64,000 bases of DNA from Polymyxa betae A26-41. Taxonomy: Eukaryota > Protista > Endomyxa: Phytomyxea. Below, one piece after another: positions 53,605-64,000 of the stretch. Position 1 is the stretch's first letter. Each line of letters begins with the position of its first letter. Both the position numbers and the translations under genes were made by a program. Location: assembly GCA_003693705.1 (NCBI GenBank), contig RBZT01000594.1, positions 16,968 to 80,967 of the forward strand, read 5' to 3'. The notes beneath the pieces were generated by a model. That model ran no database searches and was not told where the DNA came from. It saw only the letters and a list, made by a program, of their open reading frames with translations.

Positions 53605-55833
53605 ATGCAGCCGGAGGACGAGGACGGCGAGGAGGCCGTCGCCAATACGGCCCCGGGCCAGTACGATGTCGGTACAAGTGCGACGGAGCCGGGCCGGGTC
53701 CGGGTCGCGGTCCGTATCCGACCGACCCGACGGCGTTCGCGTGCATATCGGGTCCTGGTCCCGGCCGCCAATCAAGTCGAGGTGCGGATCGCGGACAGCG
53801 CCGCGGACGATGACGCCGCCGGTGTCCGTCAGTTCACGTTCGATGCGTGCCTTGGACCCGGAACCACTCAAGACGAGGTGTTCGCACGGATCGGTCGTGA
53901 TGTAGTGAGCGGCGCTCTGGCCGGCTACAACGGCGCCGTCCTCGCCTACGGAACCACAAACTCCGGGAAGACCTTCACCTGTATGGGATCCAGCTCCAAT
54001 CCAGGCCTCGTACCACGTATTGCCGGTGCGTGCCCCCGAACCCCGGAACACGGACCAGTACGACTGATGCGATGCGGCAATAGGGTCGATTCTGATGCGC
54101 CTGGAGGAGATGCGTGGGCGGGATCCGGACGTGACCGCCACGGTCCAGATGCAGATGTTGGAGATCTATGATGATAGTCCGTACGATCTGCTGGTGCCCG
54201 CAGCGGTGTCCGCTGCGGGTCCGTACGCAGCCCTAGACCGAGCCAAGCTGCGGGTCCGTGAGCACCCGACCCGCGGCCCCTTCTGCGAAAGTAACGACGA
54301 CGAATTCGTTCGCCAATCGCGTGCCTGAATCGCCCAATAGATTGTAGCGAGGTTCAGGTGGACGACCTCGACGATGTCCTTCACTGGATCGAGCTCGGCC
54401 AGAAGAACCGGGTCTCGGCCAGTACGGCGCACAATGCGCGGTCGTCTCGTTCGCACGCGATCGTGATCCTGAACGTGCGCCAGCACGACCGACGCACGAA
54501 CCGGACGCGCACGTCCACGCTGCATCTTGTTGATCTGGCCGGATCTGAACGGTCTACAACCGACCCTGGTAATGTTACAGGAACCCTAATACCCTAACCC
54601 CTAAACCCCGACCAGGTTCCGATCTCAGCTATGTGAAGGAGACGTCGACCATCAACTGCTCGCTGACCGTCCTGGGGCGCATTATTTCCGATCTCGCCGA
54701 TCAGGGCGAATCTCGCGCCTTTCGCCAATCCAAGTTGACATTCCTCTTGAAATCGGCGCTGGATCGGCAGACGCGCGTCTGGCTGCTGGCGACCATCTCG
54801 CCGAGGTAACGCGCCGGACAGCGTTACGGTGTCTCTGACCAACACGACAGCGAGCGGAATCATCGCGACACGATCCGGACATTGGAATACGCGCAGCGCG
54901 CCATGCGAGTCGCCGTCCAGCCGGTCTCGAATGAGTCGGCCGCTGCGCCGGACGAGAGGCGTTCACGCGAGGACGACTGGGATCGCGTCCGGCGCATGGT
55001 CAAGGTGGACCTCGACGATGCGCGACGGGACGCCGCCGCCGTCTCCGCCAAAGTCCGCGCCCTGCTGCAGCATCGCGAACGCGTCCAGGCCGAGAACCGG
55101 CGCCTGAAACAGATCGTGACACGATACGAATCGGCGCTGGACGGCGGTGGCGAGCGGGTGAGTACGGCGGTGCCGGCCATCCTCGAGTTCGCCTCCCATC
55201 ACGGACTGCTGGATGCCGCGGCGGTCGCCGAACTCAACGACGAGGATATCCGGCGTGTGATGCGTTGGGCGGCCGATCACCTGGCGGACGTTGACAAAGT
55301 CGAGCTGTCTGCCGATGAGAACGTGGCCGTGAACAAGGTACTGGCCCAGGCCGGGCTGGTGGCCGAACGTATTGATGCGATTGTGAGCGTGTCGGCCGAA
55401 CACGATTACCTGATCCGGGCGTCGCGTCTGATCGATCCGCGTCAGGCGCCCCGGCTGCTGTTCTTGCAGACGCCGCCGCATTACGACCTGGTCGACTGCG
55501 CCGTCGGCCTCCCGAATCTTGGCACCGGAGTGCACTTCGCGCGGGAACCCGACACGGATCGCGACACCGTGTTCCTCTGCGAGGTCATGGCTGGATGCGC
55601 CGAACGCCGCGGTACCGAGGCGGGCCGGTACGATTCAATTGTGACCGAGGTCGGGGTTTGGGTTGTTCACGAGTCCGATACGCTGAGCTTGGTTGCAGGA
55701 TGATGGGACGCAGCGATGGTCGTTGACGGTGTCGCACCCGTTCCAGGCCATTCCTCGCTATCGTATCCGCCTCAGGAGGCCAATACGAAGGCGGAGTGGA
55801 GAGGCACTACAGAGCTGCTGCATTATTTCATAA
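53605..55833 (+). CDS. Kinesin-3-like motor + coiled coil + degenerate PARP/ART-like domain + CaaX (CCIIS) tail; 5 introns
   Basis: VRVAVRIRP, FTFD, YGTTNSGKT, LRVREHP, NARSSRSHA, DLAGSER, FRQSKLT. Last intron 55650-55698 gives ...QAIPRYRIRLRRPIRRRSGEALQSCCIIS*. Confidence 0.85.
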
Positions 55834-55989
55834 TAATATTAAACTTTAGGTCAGTCAATGGTCAGTTAAAATAAAATGTTTGAAAAATTCCAAATATACG
55901 AGATCTTGACAAATACGGGGACCTTCGATTATCGATCATAAATGAAATGCTCTTTTTAGATGTAATCTCTTATTAGGTAATGAGGACGA

Positions 55990-58900
55990 TCACGACGCCA
56001 ACGACGACGACCTCGATCGCAAATGTTCATTCTCCTGGTGCATGGCCTGAATCTGTGCCTCCAGATCCTGGACATACTGCCTCAACGAGGCGACTTCCAC
56101 CGAATTGAACGCCGGCATTTCGTCCGAGATAATCGCCCTACACACACGGCTGTTATTATTCGGCGTCCTATCGATCGTGCAAACCCTGACCTCTCCCAAG
56201 GGTGTCGCTTAATGACTTTGAACTTGGTGTGGCCGGATCGAACCAGGACGACCTCTTCGGACCGCCGCAGGGTATACGCCGATATTAGGTTGGCGGCGAA
56301 AACATTGATGACGACCGTGTTGATAAGGAAGTAGAAGACGACGAAGAACAGGCTGGACCACATGCCGGTGTCCAGTACGGCCGGGTACAGATTGTTCTGC
56401 CAGTTGTTGGAAGTGGCCATCTGGAACAAAGCCAGGCAGGCTCCCCTGCAAGACGAAATTAGAATACCAAGGAAAGACGGATTTAGAAGCGAAACGCACC
56501 AGAATGTGTCAAATTGTTCGTCGGCAACGCCGCTCAGATCGTGAGGGTGTCCGATGCCTGCCTCCGAGAATGCCTCCAGCCCGATCGTGGCGAAGAAGAA
56601 GAACACTGGGATCAGAATGAACAGGAACTGCCATAGAATTGAACTGCTCGCGCGCAGCGTCTCCAGCAGCGGCCGTGATTTCGCCCTGCAGCGGGTCAGT
56701 ACGACGTTACTTAGCCGATTGTGCGGGCTGACCAGATAGGCAGGATACGTAAGATCCGTAAGGATCGGCTGATTATGAGTGCTGGCCCACTAAGAAAGAG
56801 CTCGGCCGGAATCGAGAATGTGAGCAGCAGCAGATCGAAGGATCGATCTGCCCAGGCCGCTATGAGGACTGCGTCAATAGTGAAACAAATGAGAGGCGCG
56901 GGACCGTACTGGGTAGGCCTTTGGCGGCTATCAGAATCAGCATCTCCACCCACATCAAGAACAGGAAGATCCAAGTCAGGAAATGGAGCTGGATCGAGTA
57001 GAGATCGGACGAATACATGAGTAAAGAAATGGCGTTGCCGACGTTCACCGCTAAACGTTGATCAGCAATGATTCCGTCAATTTGAAAGCGGCGTACCGAG
57101 CGTGAGATATTCAAAGTACTTTGAGGTTACGAGATCCGCAGCGCGAACAGCGCCGCCGCAAATCACGTCGCGCCAACATTCGCGTTCATAGCCGGGCTGG
57201 ACCGGATCGTACACTTGCGTGATGGTGTAACGAAGGATCTCGATCAGGAACATGAATTCGCGCAAATCAATGCTGTTGTTGTGATTCTTATCCAGCAGGT
57301 GGAACAGAGCCTCGCGGTGCTCTGCGGACAGCGTTGGGTCGAGTTGGCCCAAGAACATCGTGAACGTTGCCTACAAACCCGGGTTCAGTACAACATGCGC
57401 AACAAGCTGCAAAGCCCGACATGGTCTAGTACGGAGCGGGTCGAGTTTTCGGTCAGCATCTGGTAACAGCAGAAGAGGGACCTGTCAAAGCGCACGGGTT
57501 AGCATAACGATCGGCCGCAAATCGGTCGAACTTGCCGTTGTTCTTTGGCGCGATCGTGTGACACTTTGTCTGTGTGATGTTGCCGATAGAAGCGATAGGT
57601 CTCTGCCAAGACCAGGCTCATGAACAGCCAGGCGCCCATCACGAAGAACGATAGGAAGTAGACAGCGGCGACGAGCGGTCGCTCATGCAGGCCCGGCAGC
57701 AGGATGTCTGCGATAGCGGTCAGCGCAAAGATGTCGCGGGATACTCATCAATACCGGGGAAGTTCTCGGTGGTGACTAGAACGGTGAGGCCGAGGACGGC
57801 TCTCGGGAGGTCGTTGAAATTCTGAACCGAAGAGAACGGGATCTGGTTTGGGTCGTTGTAAGGACCGTCCCGGAATAGGGCGATGCCTGAGACAGCGTAT
57901 GCGAATAGTACCACCATCATACAGCCGAACAGGTGACCTGTGGCCATTTATCAAGTTTCCGCAGTCATGAGCAAAATGATAAATTAAGTCACATCGGAAA
58001 ATGAAGGGAAATAAGCGCAGATAACACAAAAACTCTACTTCAAATTAATTGGAAAAAAAAAGACTATTAAAAGGCTGGTGATTTCCGAAAACAGCACGGA
58101 AGTTAACATACCGATATTTGGGATCGTGTGAACGACAACGTAAGCGAAACGACGTAGCGGTTTGCTGCTGAGAATGGGGATCCAAGCCCGAAGCGGGCGA
58201 GAGAATCGCAGCGATGGTTTTGGATATAGCCGGACTGCGATACCGATATCGACGACGGCTGTCAGCAAGACGAAGATCAGGATTAGGTTCCAGCGCTTTT
58301 CGATGAATCGTTTAATGCCCAGCTCGACGAACTGTATGATCAAGTCGAGGGCCAGCAACGTGATCAGCAGAACCTCAATTACTAATGTCGACAACGGCGT
58401 CGCATCACACGACGTACAGACCGGCTCGAAGAAGATCAAAGACATCTGAACAGATCCATTATCATCTGGACACGAATGTCGAAACAAATTCGATTACTTC
58501 AGACAAAAGACTCATCAAAAGAACAAAACGTGTCTTATCACATGAATCATCAAACTGAAAATCACAGAAGCAAAGCCCAGGATGCGTGATAATTGTGAAA
58601 CTAATTTCACAGCAATCGAAATCAGATCGAAAAGGGGAAGCCTCGAAAACCTTGAAAGACAATCGGAAAGAACAAATCTTAAAAGTCTAAACGACCGACA
58701 TAGATGATGGAGAGCAGACGACGAACATTCACGGCGGCCCGACTTCGAATGAATTTCGTCTTGGTCCTGACCTTATCGCCTCGAGGGACAATCTGAGCGC
58801 TATCGAGTATCGTCAACGCCTGGAAAAGATTCTGTCAAGATCCGCACCTGTGCCCATCACGAGCATCCTGGGCGAATTCGACGGCGAGGCTGAGTCGGCG

Positions 58901-59155
58901 TCTGCGAGGCGACGAATGCTGGGCGATCAACAGAAGGTCGGTGAGACGCGAATGCAGAATGGGGAGATCGGCGTCCATGGTGACACCTAAACCCGGGCCC
59001 GACGACGCCGGCAGCAGCGTGGCCCGTGCCTGCCCTCGAACGACATCGTCGCCGTCGGGCAGGGACGGCGCCAGCCCGTCCTGGAGCCGAACGTCGTCGT
59101 CACCGGGAATGGCTTCGTCGTGGATGGCGATGTAGCAAGACACGATGACGACCAC
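55990..59155 (-). CDS. Two-pore channel (TPC) with EF-hand linker; start approximate
   Basis: Two 6-TM repeats: LIFFEP, S4-like LRFSRPLR and SRSLRILRIL, pore filters TTENFP and ATSNNW; EF loop DKNHNNSIDLRE. Confidence 0.88.
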
Positions 59156-59227
59156 CCACCCGAATCGAAATGGCTCAAAGAGAGAGAGAAAGAACCGTCG
59201 TCACACACAAATCTCGTCACTTTTGTT

Positions 59228-59308
59228 ATGTTACCACTTAAGTGCAAATGGAATGGAGGCCGCGCCCATTGTAATGTTACCACTTCAGTGCAGATGGAAT
59301 GGAGGCCG
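59228..59308. repeat. 35-bp direct repeat, 2 copies, 46-bp period
   Basis: atgttaccactt(a/c)agtgca(a/g)atggaatggaggccg at 59228-59262 and 59274-59308; 2 mismatches. Confidence 0.85.
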
Positions 59309-59599
59309 AGTGACAGTAGAGACCTTTCGGGAAGCTTCATGTTTAACTTGTCGCGAGGCCACACGCTCCAAACTTGAACGTTATAAAACCGATTTCCGGT
59401 ATCCTTTGCGTTTCAACCTCAAATCGTATACAGCACGTTCTTTCAGGGTCACCTCGAGATGATACTACCGGCGCTTGGCAGTAACGAGATGAGGAAACTG
59501 GGCATGCAAGCATATTTGTATGCCAATATCGATATCCAGAATTTTTGACAATTGAGAAGCAACATCTTCGGCGCCCGAAAATCTTGATCACCCATCTTG

Positions 59600-59760
59600 G
59601 ACACATCCAATTGCTTTGATCTGCTGATGGATAACAGCACTCATATCCACAAGTTTCGGTTTTCTATTGAAGAGCTCAATCGACTTCTGAAACTTAGAGA
59701 TCAATTTCGATTGAGCACGATACGATATTTGGGACAGAGGCTTTGGCTCTATGTTGCAGT
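59600..59760 (+). pseudogene. Possible PIF/Harbinger transposase N-terminal remnant
   Basis: Short reading FDLLMDNSTHIHKFRFSIEELNRLLKL resembles the FRF motif of Harbinger transposases; surrounded by stops. Confidence 0.35.
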
Positions 59761-60199
59761 CGCATAGTCAAGCCTTCTCGTCTATTAACTGTGGTTTAGA
59801 GTAGTGCCTTTTCATATCCATTTCTTTATTTGCTCGTATTTACTTGGGAAGGGGAAGGTCAACTTGAGTAAGCGGAGGCCGAAATTGCCGTTTTAAATGG
59901 CCACGAATCATGATGTGTCGCATTCCTCCCAAAAGTATACGCGACCGATTCATCGGGCAGTTCGCTCAGGTCGTCGAGCTTTATGCCAGCAGTGAGAATA
60001 CACACAAGCGTCGCAAGGACACCGCGCGCAACTGTGTGTTCGCTGCATGAGGGATGTTGGAATCAATCTATCAATCTATAAGCCATCAAAGCCGTCCGGC
60101 TGCCTTGATTCCAATATGCCGCCATGAGTTAAGTTTGTCTCAGTTGTGAGTGGTAACCTGATTCCAAGCGTAGAAAACCCGATGGGCAATATCTTGTCG

Positions 60200-60400
60200 T
60201 CTGGGCTTCTCTTTAATGTTCGATCGCTCATCAATTCGTTATGTTTTTGAAGGAAGTAATGTTTGAATGGTGGGTTAATACCGACATCCAAAACCTGAAG
60301 CTTAGATGTATCATCGGCGACAACACTTTTAACCGATAAAAAGTCAGCATCTTTAATGAACTACACCATGAATTGTTGACAAACCTCCGTGCCCAGTTCC
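60200..60400 (-). mobile_element. pogo/Fot1-like DDE transposase fragment
   Basis: DTSKLQVLDVGINPPFKHY matches the TSxLQPLDVG.N.PFK motif around the third catalytic D. Confidence 0.7.
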
Positions 60401-60879
60401 GCGAGTTCTAAATGTGCAGAAAAACCGTCCTGTTAGATTGTGACTCGAGATTGCCAGAAGATTCCAAGTCTGGAAAGTTCCAAGGAGTCGGAATGCGTGA
60501 AGTGCAATGTTCCAAATAGGTTTTGATCGATGTTTGTGTCATAATAAAGATTAAAGAGAAGCAGTCGCCAGGTTGGAAACACTGTTAGGAACCATAACGA
60601 ACACCATCTCCAGTTTGTCACCTAGATCCGAGGAATCAACAGATTTCTGGTTATTCCGCTTATTTGCAGAAGGCGCTGTTGGGTCCGGCATATCCGGTTC
60701 GTCAGCTACAGAAGCGTCGCCGTCATCTGCACGTTCCGGATCGTTGACGTGGATGGTGGACTGGCCCAGATCTGATCAAGTACCCGGCGACTTCGCGAAG
60801 TAAGGCGTGACGAGAGCCAGAATCTGGTCATCAATGGTATCGGATCCGGCTGATCGTTACTAAGCCTGTTTTCTTGGCC

Positions 60880-61224
60880 TTATGTTCCAATCGGCCCCTG
60901 GTCCCTCCACTTTTTCAGCAGGGCGTCGTACTTAAAGCGAATCTTCGTGAGCGGAACGTTGGTATTGTGCTCCAGACACCTGTCTTTCAATACGAGTGCC
61001 CAACCTTCTCCCGACGCTTTATGATTGCTTTTGCTTTAAAAGTACTTGACGTGGGCCTTACGGCTGAGCCTCAACAGAGTTTCCATTATCTCGACAGATT
61101 TTAGTCGGTCTTTGTTGTCAGAAGACTGTTCTGCCTTCGGTGTCCTTCCTCTTTTCGACGTAATTGAATGCCTCTGCTTTGTGCTCCAAATCCGTGAAAG
61201 GCGAAGAACTCTGGCTGCGGTCAC
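60880..61224 (-). pseudogene. Myb/SANT (trihelix)-like DNA-binding remnant, Harbinger ORF1-like, with an in-frame stop
   Basis: METLLRL...KYF*SKSNHKASGEGWALV...KIRFKYDALLKKWR. Confidence 0.5.
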
Positions 61225-61608
61225 TGCATGTGGTAGAAATCTGCTGCTCAGTGTTCATGACCTTCAACCTGGAAAAGATTTTGATAAGTGCTAATGATAT
61301 ATCAGTTTAGTCTTGGAGTCAACGGCTGCACACAGCTAGAATTCTTCGTGATTTATGCCTGGAGTCATTAGAGAACGTTTGAAGCGCCAGAGTTTGAATT
61401 TGAGTTTCGGTTTCATCCAATGCAGCAGTCACAGAGTCGAAGGATGAGGCCGCTCAAACTCAAACTCAACGACTGTTGAGATATGGGAAAACGCAGCCCT
61501 TTACTCAAGTCACAGCATCGCCAGAGACACGACCAGTACGTTAAAGGTACCCTCACCCACACAGGCGAGACGAGACGGCAGCACTTCAAATTTTTTATAA
61601 AACTGTTA

Positions 61609-62125
61609 GGGCGCTTTAGATACCATGCAGAATCTGGGTTGGACAACCCGCAATCCGGATTGCCGTGGAATCGATTTTTTTGGCATCCCAAAATCCCGTT
61701 TTATAAATCCAGATTTTGCCCGCAAAATCTGGATTTCTAAAATCCTATCAGGACCTGGATTTCGCACGGTAATTCAGGATTCGCGTGTTAATCTTTCTCA
61801 GGTCGATGAAGAAACCGGCATCTAGCAAGGCACCACGAACTGTGTGGGATCTGGACAAAGACGCGTACCTTGTGTCCTTAACTGCTTCAGATGCAGGTCG
61901 GCACGTGCCGACTCAAGGTTTAAAAAGGAGGCCTGGACGGCAGTGGCCCTGCATTTCAACATTAAACTTGCATTAGACTACGATCGTGATCAGTTAAAAA
62001 CACGTTATAAGCAGGCTCATGCTCGTTTGGTGCCCGCAAGTACATAAAATCCAGATTTTGCGAATATCGGTTTCCTCTGGAAAGGAATCCCCGATTTTGA
62101 AATTGCGTGTTATCCAAACGCGCCC
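61609..62125 (+). mobile_element. Non-autonomous PIF/Harbinger deletion derivative (~517 bp) carrying a Myb/SANT fragment
   Basis: Left TIR GGGCGC-TTTAGATA (61609-61622); right TIR reverse complement GGGCGCGTTTGGATA (62111-62125); flanks TTA/TCA. Internal WDLDKDAYLV...FKKEAWTAVA...DQLKTRY is frameshifted. Confidence 0.75.
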
Positions 62126-62389
62126 TCAATCGAGTAAGCTGTATCGACGCCTCAGCAATTTCTTCGAGCTGTGCTCGTGCCGGGTCGCCTCTCGCGATCG
62201 TGCCTGAAAACCATCCTCTCAATTAGCAACCCAGTCGGAACTGGATACCTCTCAGCACCAAATGAACGTTGCAGCATCTTCACTATCCACAGATATTGAC
62301 AGCTGCAGCCCGCCCATGCCGGCCGGATGGGTTGTTTGCATCCCCAAACAGTTGCAACGACCTACAAGCAACCCCCATCTCGCAGGGAG

Positions 62390-63320
62390 GAAAAGCTCAG
62401 CGAAGTCAGTTTTGCTGTGCTGACGATATCCTTTTGCTTAAACCTGTGAATCTTTTTACACCATGGAAATGCGGTAGGGGGAAAACAATGCAATTAGTTT
62501 GGAAAGAGATGGCGCATCAGCTCGCCAATACCCCCGGGTTTGGCGTCAAGCGCGATGGCCCTGGCTGCAAAACAAGGTTCGAGAAGATCATGGTGTTCAA
62601 GGATAACAACCAAACAGCTTTGGAGGAAATCAGGATTTACCGAGGAGTACAATGAAAGAGAATTGCTTCTCGAAAACATCGACATTCGCATGACTGATCA
62701 CACAGAATGAGCAGCCGAAGTCAGCGCCAAGGGCAAGAAGAAGGCCGAGGCTATCGAATCGTCCGGCGATCATCTCCGGCGATCCTGCTCTGGAAACCAG
62801 ATTTAAGCTTCTATTGAAAACATTTGAATCTCAAGAAATGGCATCTTTAAGAAAAAATCTGGTGCAACGAAAAACTTCGACGAGCAAGAGCAGCTTCTTA
62901 CCGATATTACATCACGTCAGGAGTCAGGACGACTGGTTCAGCGCCATCATTTAGCCATCAAAGTGTGCAAAGGATCAAGAACAGGCTAAGGCCAAGCGTA
63001 GTAAGAAATCCGGCGAGATCATTCGCCGTTCAACAAACGAAGGAACAAATGACAGCGACTGAAGCAACTTAGAAACTGAGATCGCCAATCCAAGCGCCGT
63101 AAACGAAAGAAACGTGATGGGTTTCATTGGTGCAATCCAAAAGGCGATCGCGGATTCTGCCGGTATAAACGAACAGAAACTGCAGCTTGAGCGTGAACGA
63201 TTAGAACTAGACAAGCGTGAAGCCGAGCTTCGAACTGGGGAAACCCAGCGACAGTCCCAATCTGAGGCAAGGATCCACGCTTTTATGGCTCAAATGGGGG
63301 AACTGATGGGTAAATTTTCG
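62390..63320 (+). pseudogene. Decayed Myb/SANT-like plus coiled-coil ORF (Harbinger ORF1 type)
   Basis: DDILLLKPV...PW...WKEMAHQL...GCKTRFEKIM, followed by stops and frameshifts and a coiled tail EQKLQLERERLELDKRE. Confidence 0.6.
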
Positions 63321-63686
63321 AGAAAATGTGATTTCCCTTTCCTTATGTATTCAGTAAATATATTGGATTCAAAATGAACTTTCCGGATTTCCAATAAACA
63401 ATGAAATCTGCCGTCACATCCGTTATTTACAAAATGAAATCCAAAATTGACGTAAATATTTTACGATGATTTACGTGGGATGGGCGGACAATTCAAAATT
63501 AATAATCGCGTTTGATTTTTAATATCCACACAGAAGGCTTTTGGCTCGCTCATTAAAAATGTCCTTCTGGCTACCTTAAATTCCTGGCACGGGCGAAATT
63601 GTTCATAACATCGCTCATCGCCTCAAGGTCACGTAACAAATTGGAAAAGCCTCATTATCATTGCTTGCCAACGTTACTATTATTAA

Positions 63687-63823
63687 AAGATCTTTTAATG
63701 TGATAAGATCTTTTAATGTGATATTTTTGAAATCGTTTTTCAAAAATATCACATTAAAAGGTCTTATAACGTGATATTTTTTTACGTTACCGCCTATTGG
63801 CCTTTAATTACGTTACCGCCTAT
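63687..63823. repeat. AT-rich cluster of inverted and direct repeats
   Basis: 30-bp inverted repeat 63703-63732/63738-63767 (1 mismatch); aagatcttttaatgtgat x2 in tandem; ttacgttaccgcctat x2. Confidence 0.85.
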
Positions 63824-64000
63824 CTCCGCGTCCGTAGAATACCGCCACTGACGAACGCACCCCTGCTTTGCAGCTAAGTGCGCAGAAACGAGCGTCACCT
63901 AACTAACTGTAGAACTGCGAACCGCAGCTTTTACGTTACCTACTTAGAGTGAGCCATCCCTACCACGGAAAGGCTCTTAACAGGACTCCGGACTCAACCC

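Noticed and set aside
50774-55535. Numerous overlapping ORFs on both strands in the GC-rich block
   Set aside because: Expected from low stop-codon frequency at high GC; the subtilase and kinesin frames explain the region.
58495-58560. Box C/D snoRNA in the TPC intron (TGATGA...TGATGA...CTGA on the minus strand)
   Set aside because: Only ~54 nt from C to D, a 9-nt D guide, no clear D' box and no rRNA complement that I can recognise.
59228-59308. CRISPR-like repeat-spacer unit
   Set aside because: Only two copies with an 11-nt gap, in eukaryotic context, with no cas genes.
60560-60595. SRP RNA helix-8-like CCAGGTTGGAAAC
   Set aside because: Lacks the following AGCAG and any Alu or long-helix context; lies within transposon debris.

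Overview
Gene-dense, compact eukaryotic (protist) DNA. Most introns are canonical GT-AG and about 45-60 nt long. The gene set, intron size and (T)TTTAGGG-like motifs suggest a plasmodiophorid/Phytomyxea (Rhizaria) genome; this is an inference, not a database match. From 1 to about 59.2 kb there are about 30 mostly spliced genes: kinesin-6-like motor, Rad1, GT47-like glycosyltransferase, ENTH protein, auxilin-like J protein, actin-related protein, RPL7A/NOP16 head-to-head, PP4 catalytic subunit, RPC3, two C2H2 zinc fingers, BAR-PH protein, CDPK, syntaxin, cellular RdRP, PAM16, LCB2, 2OG-Fe(II) oxygenase, SmD2, PH-kinase, GPI-type subtilase, a second kinesin and a two-pore channel. From about 59.2 kb to the end lie decayed DNA transposons (PIF/Harbinger, pogo-like), including one small element that still has TIRs. 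Best novel signals: (1) a kinesin-3-like motor fused to a degenerate PARP/ART-like domain and ending in a Ras-like polybasic-CCIIS CaaX tail, visible only after splicing; (2) the few unusually long introns I examined all appear to fold into hairpins on the transcribed strand; (3) telomere-like CCCTAA(A)(A) runs sit inside several introns; (4) a pseudoknot-capable structured segment lies just downstream of RPL7A. Gene boundaries were assembled by eye and some starts are approximate. All folds are manual pairings, not computed structures.
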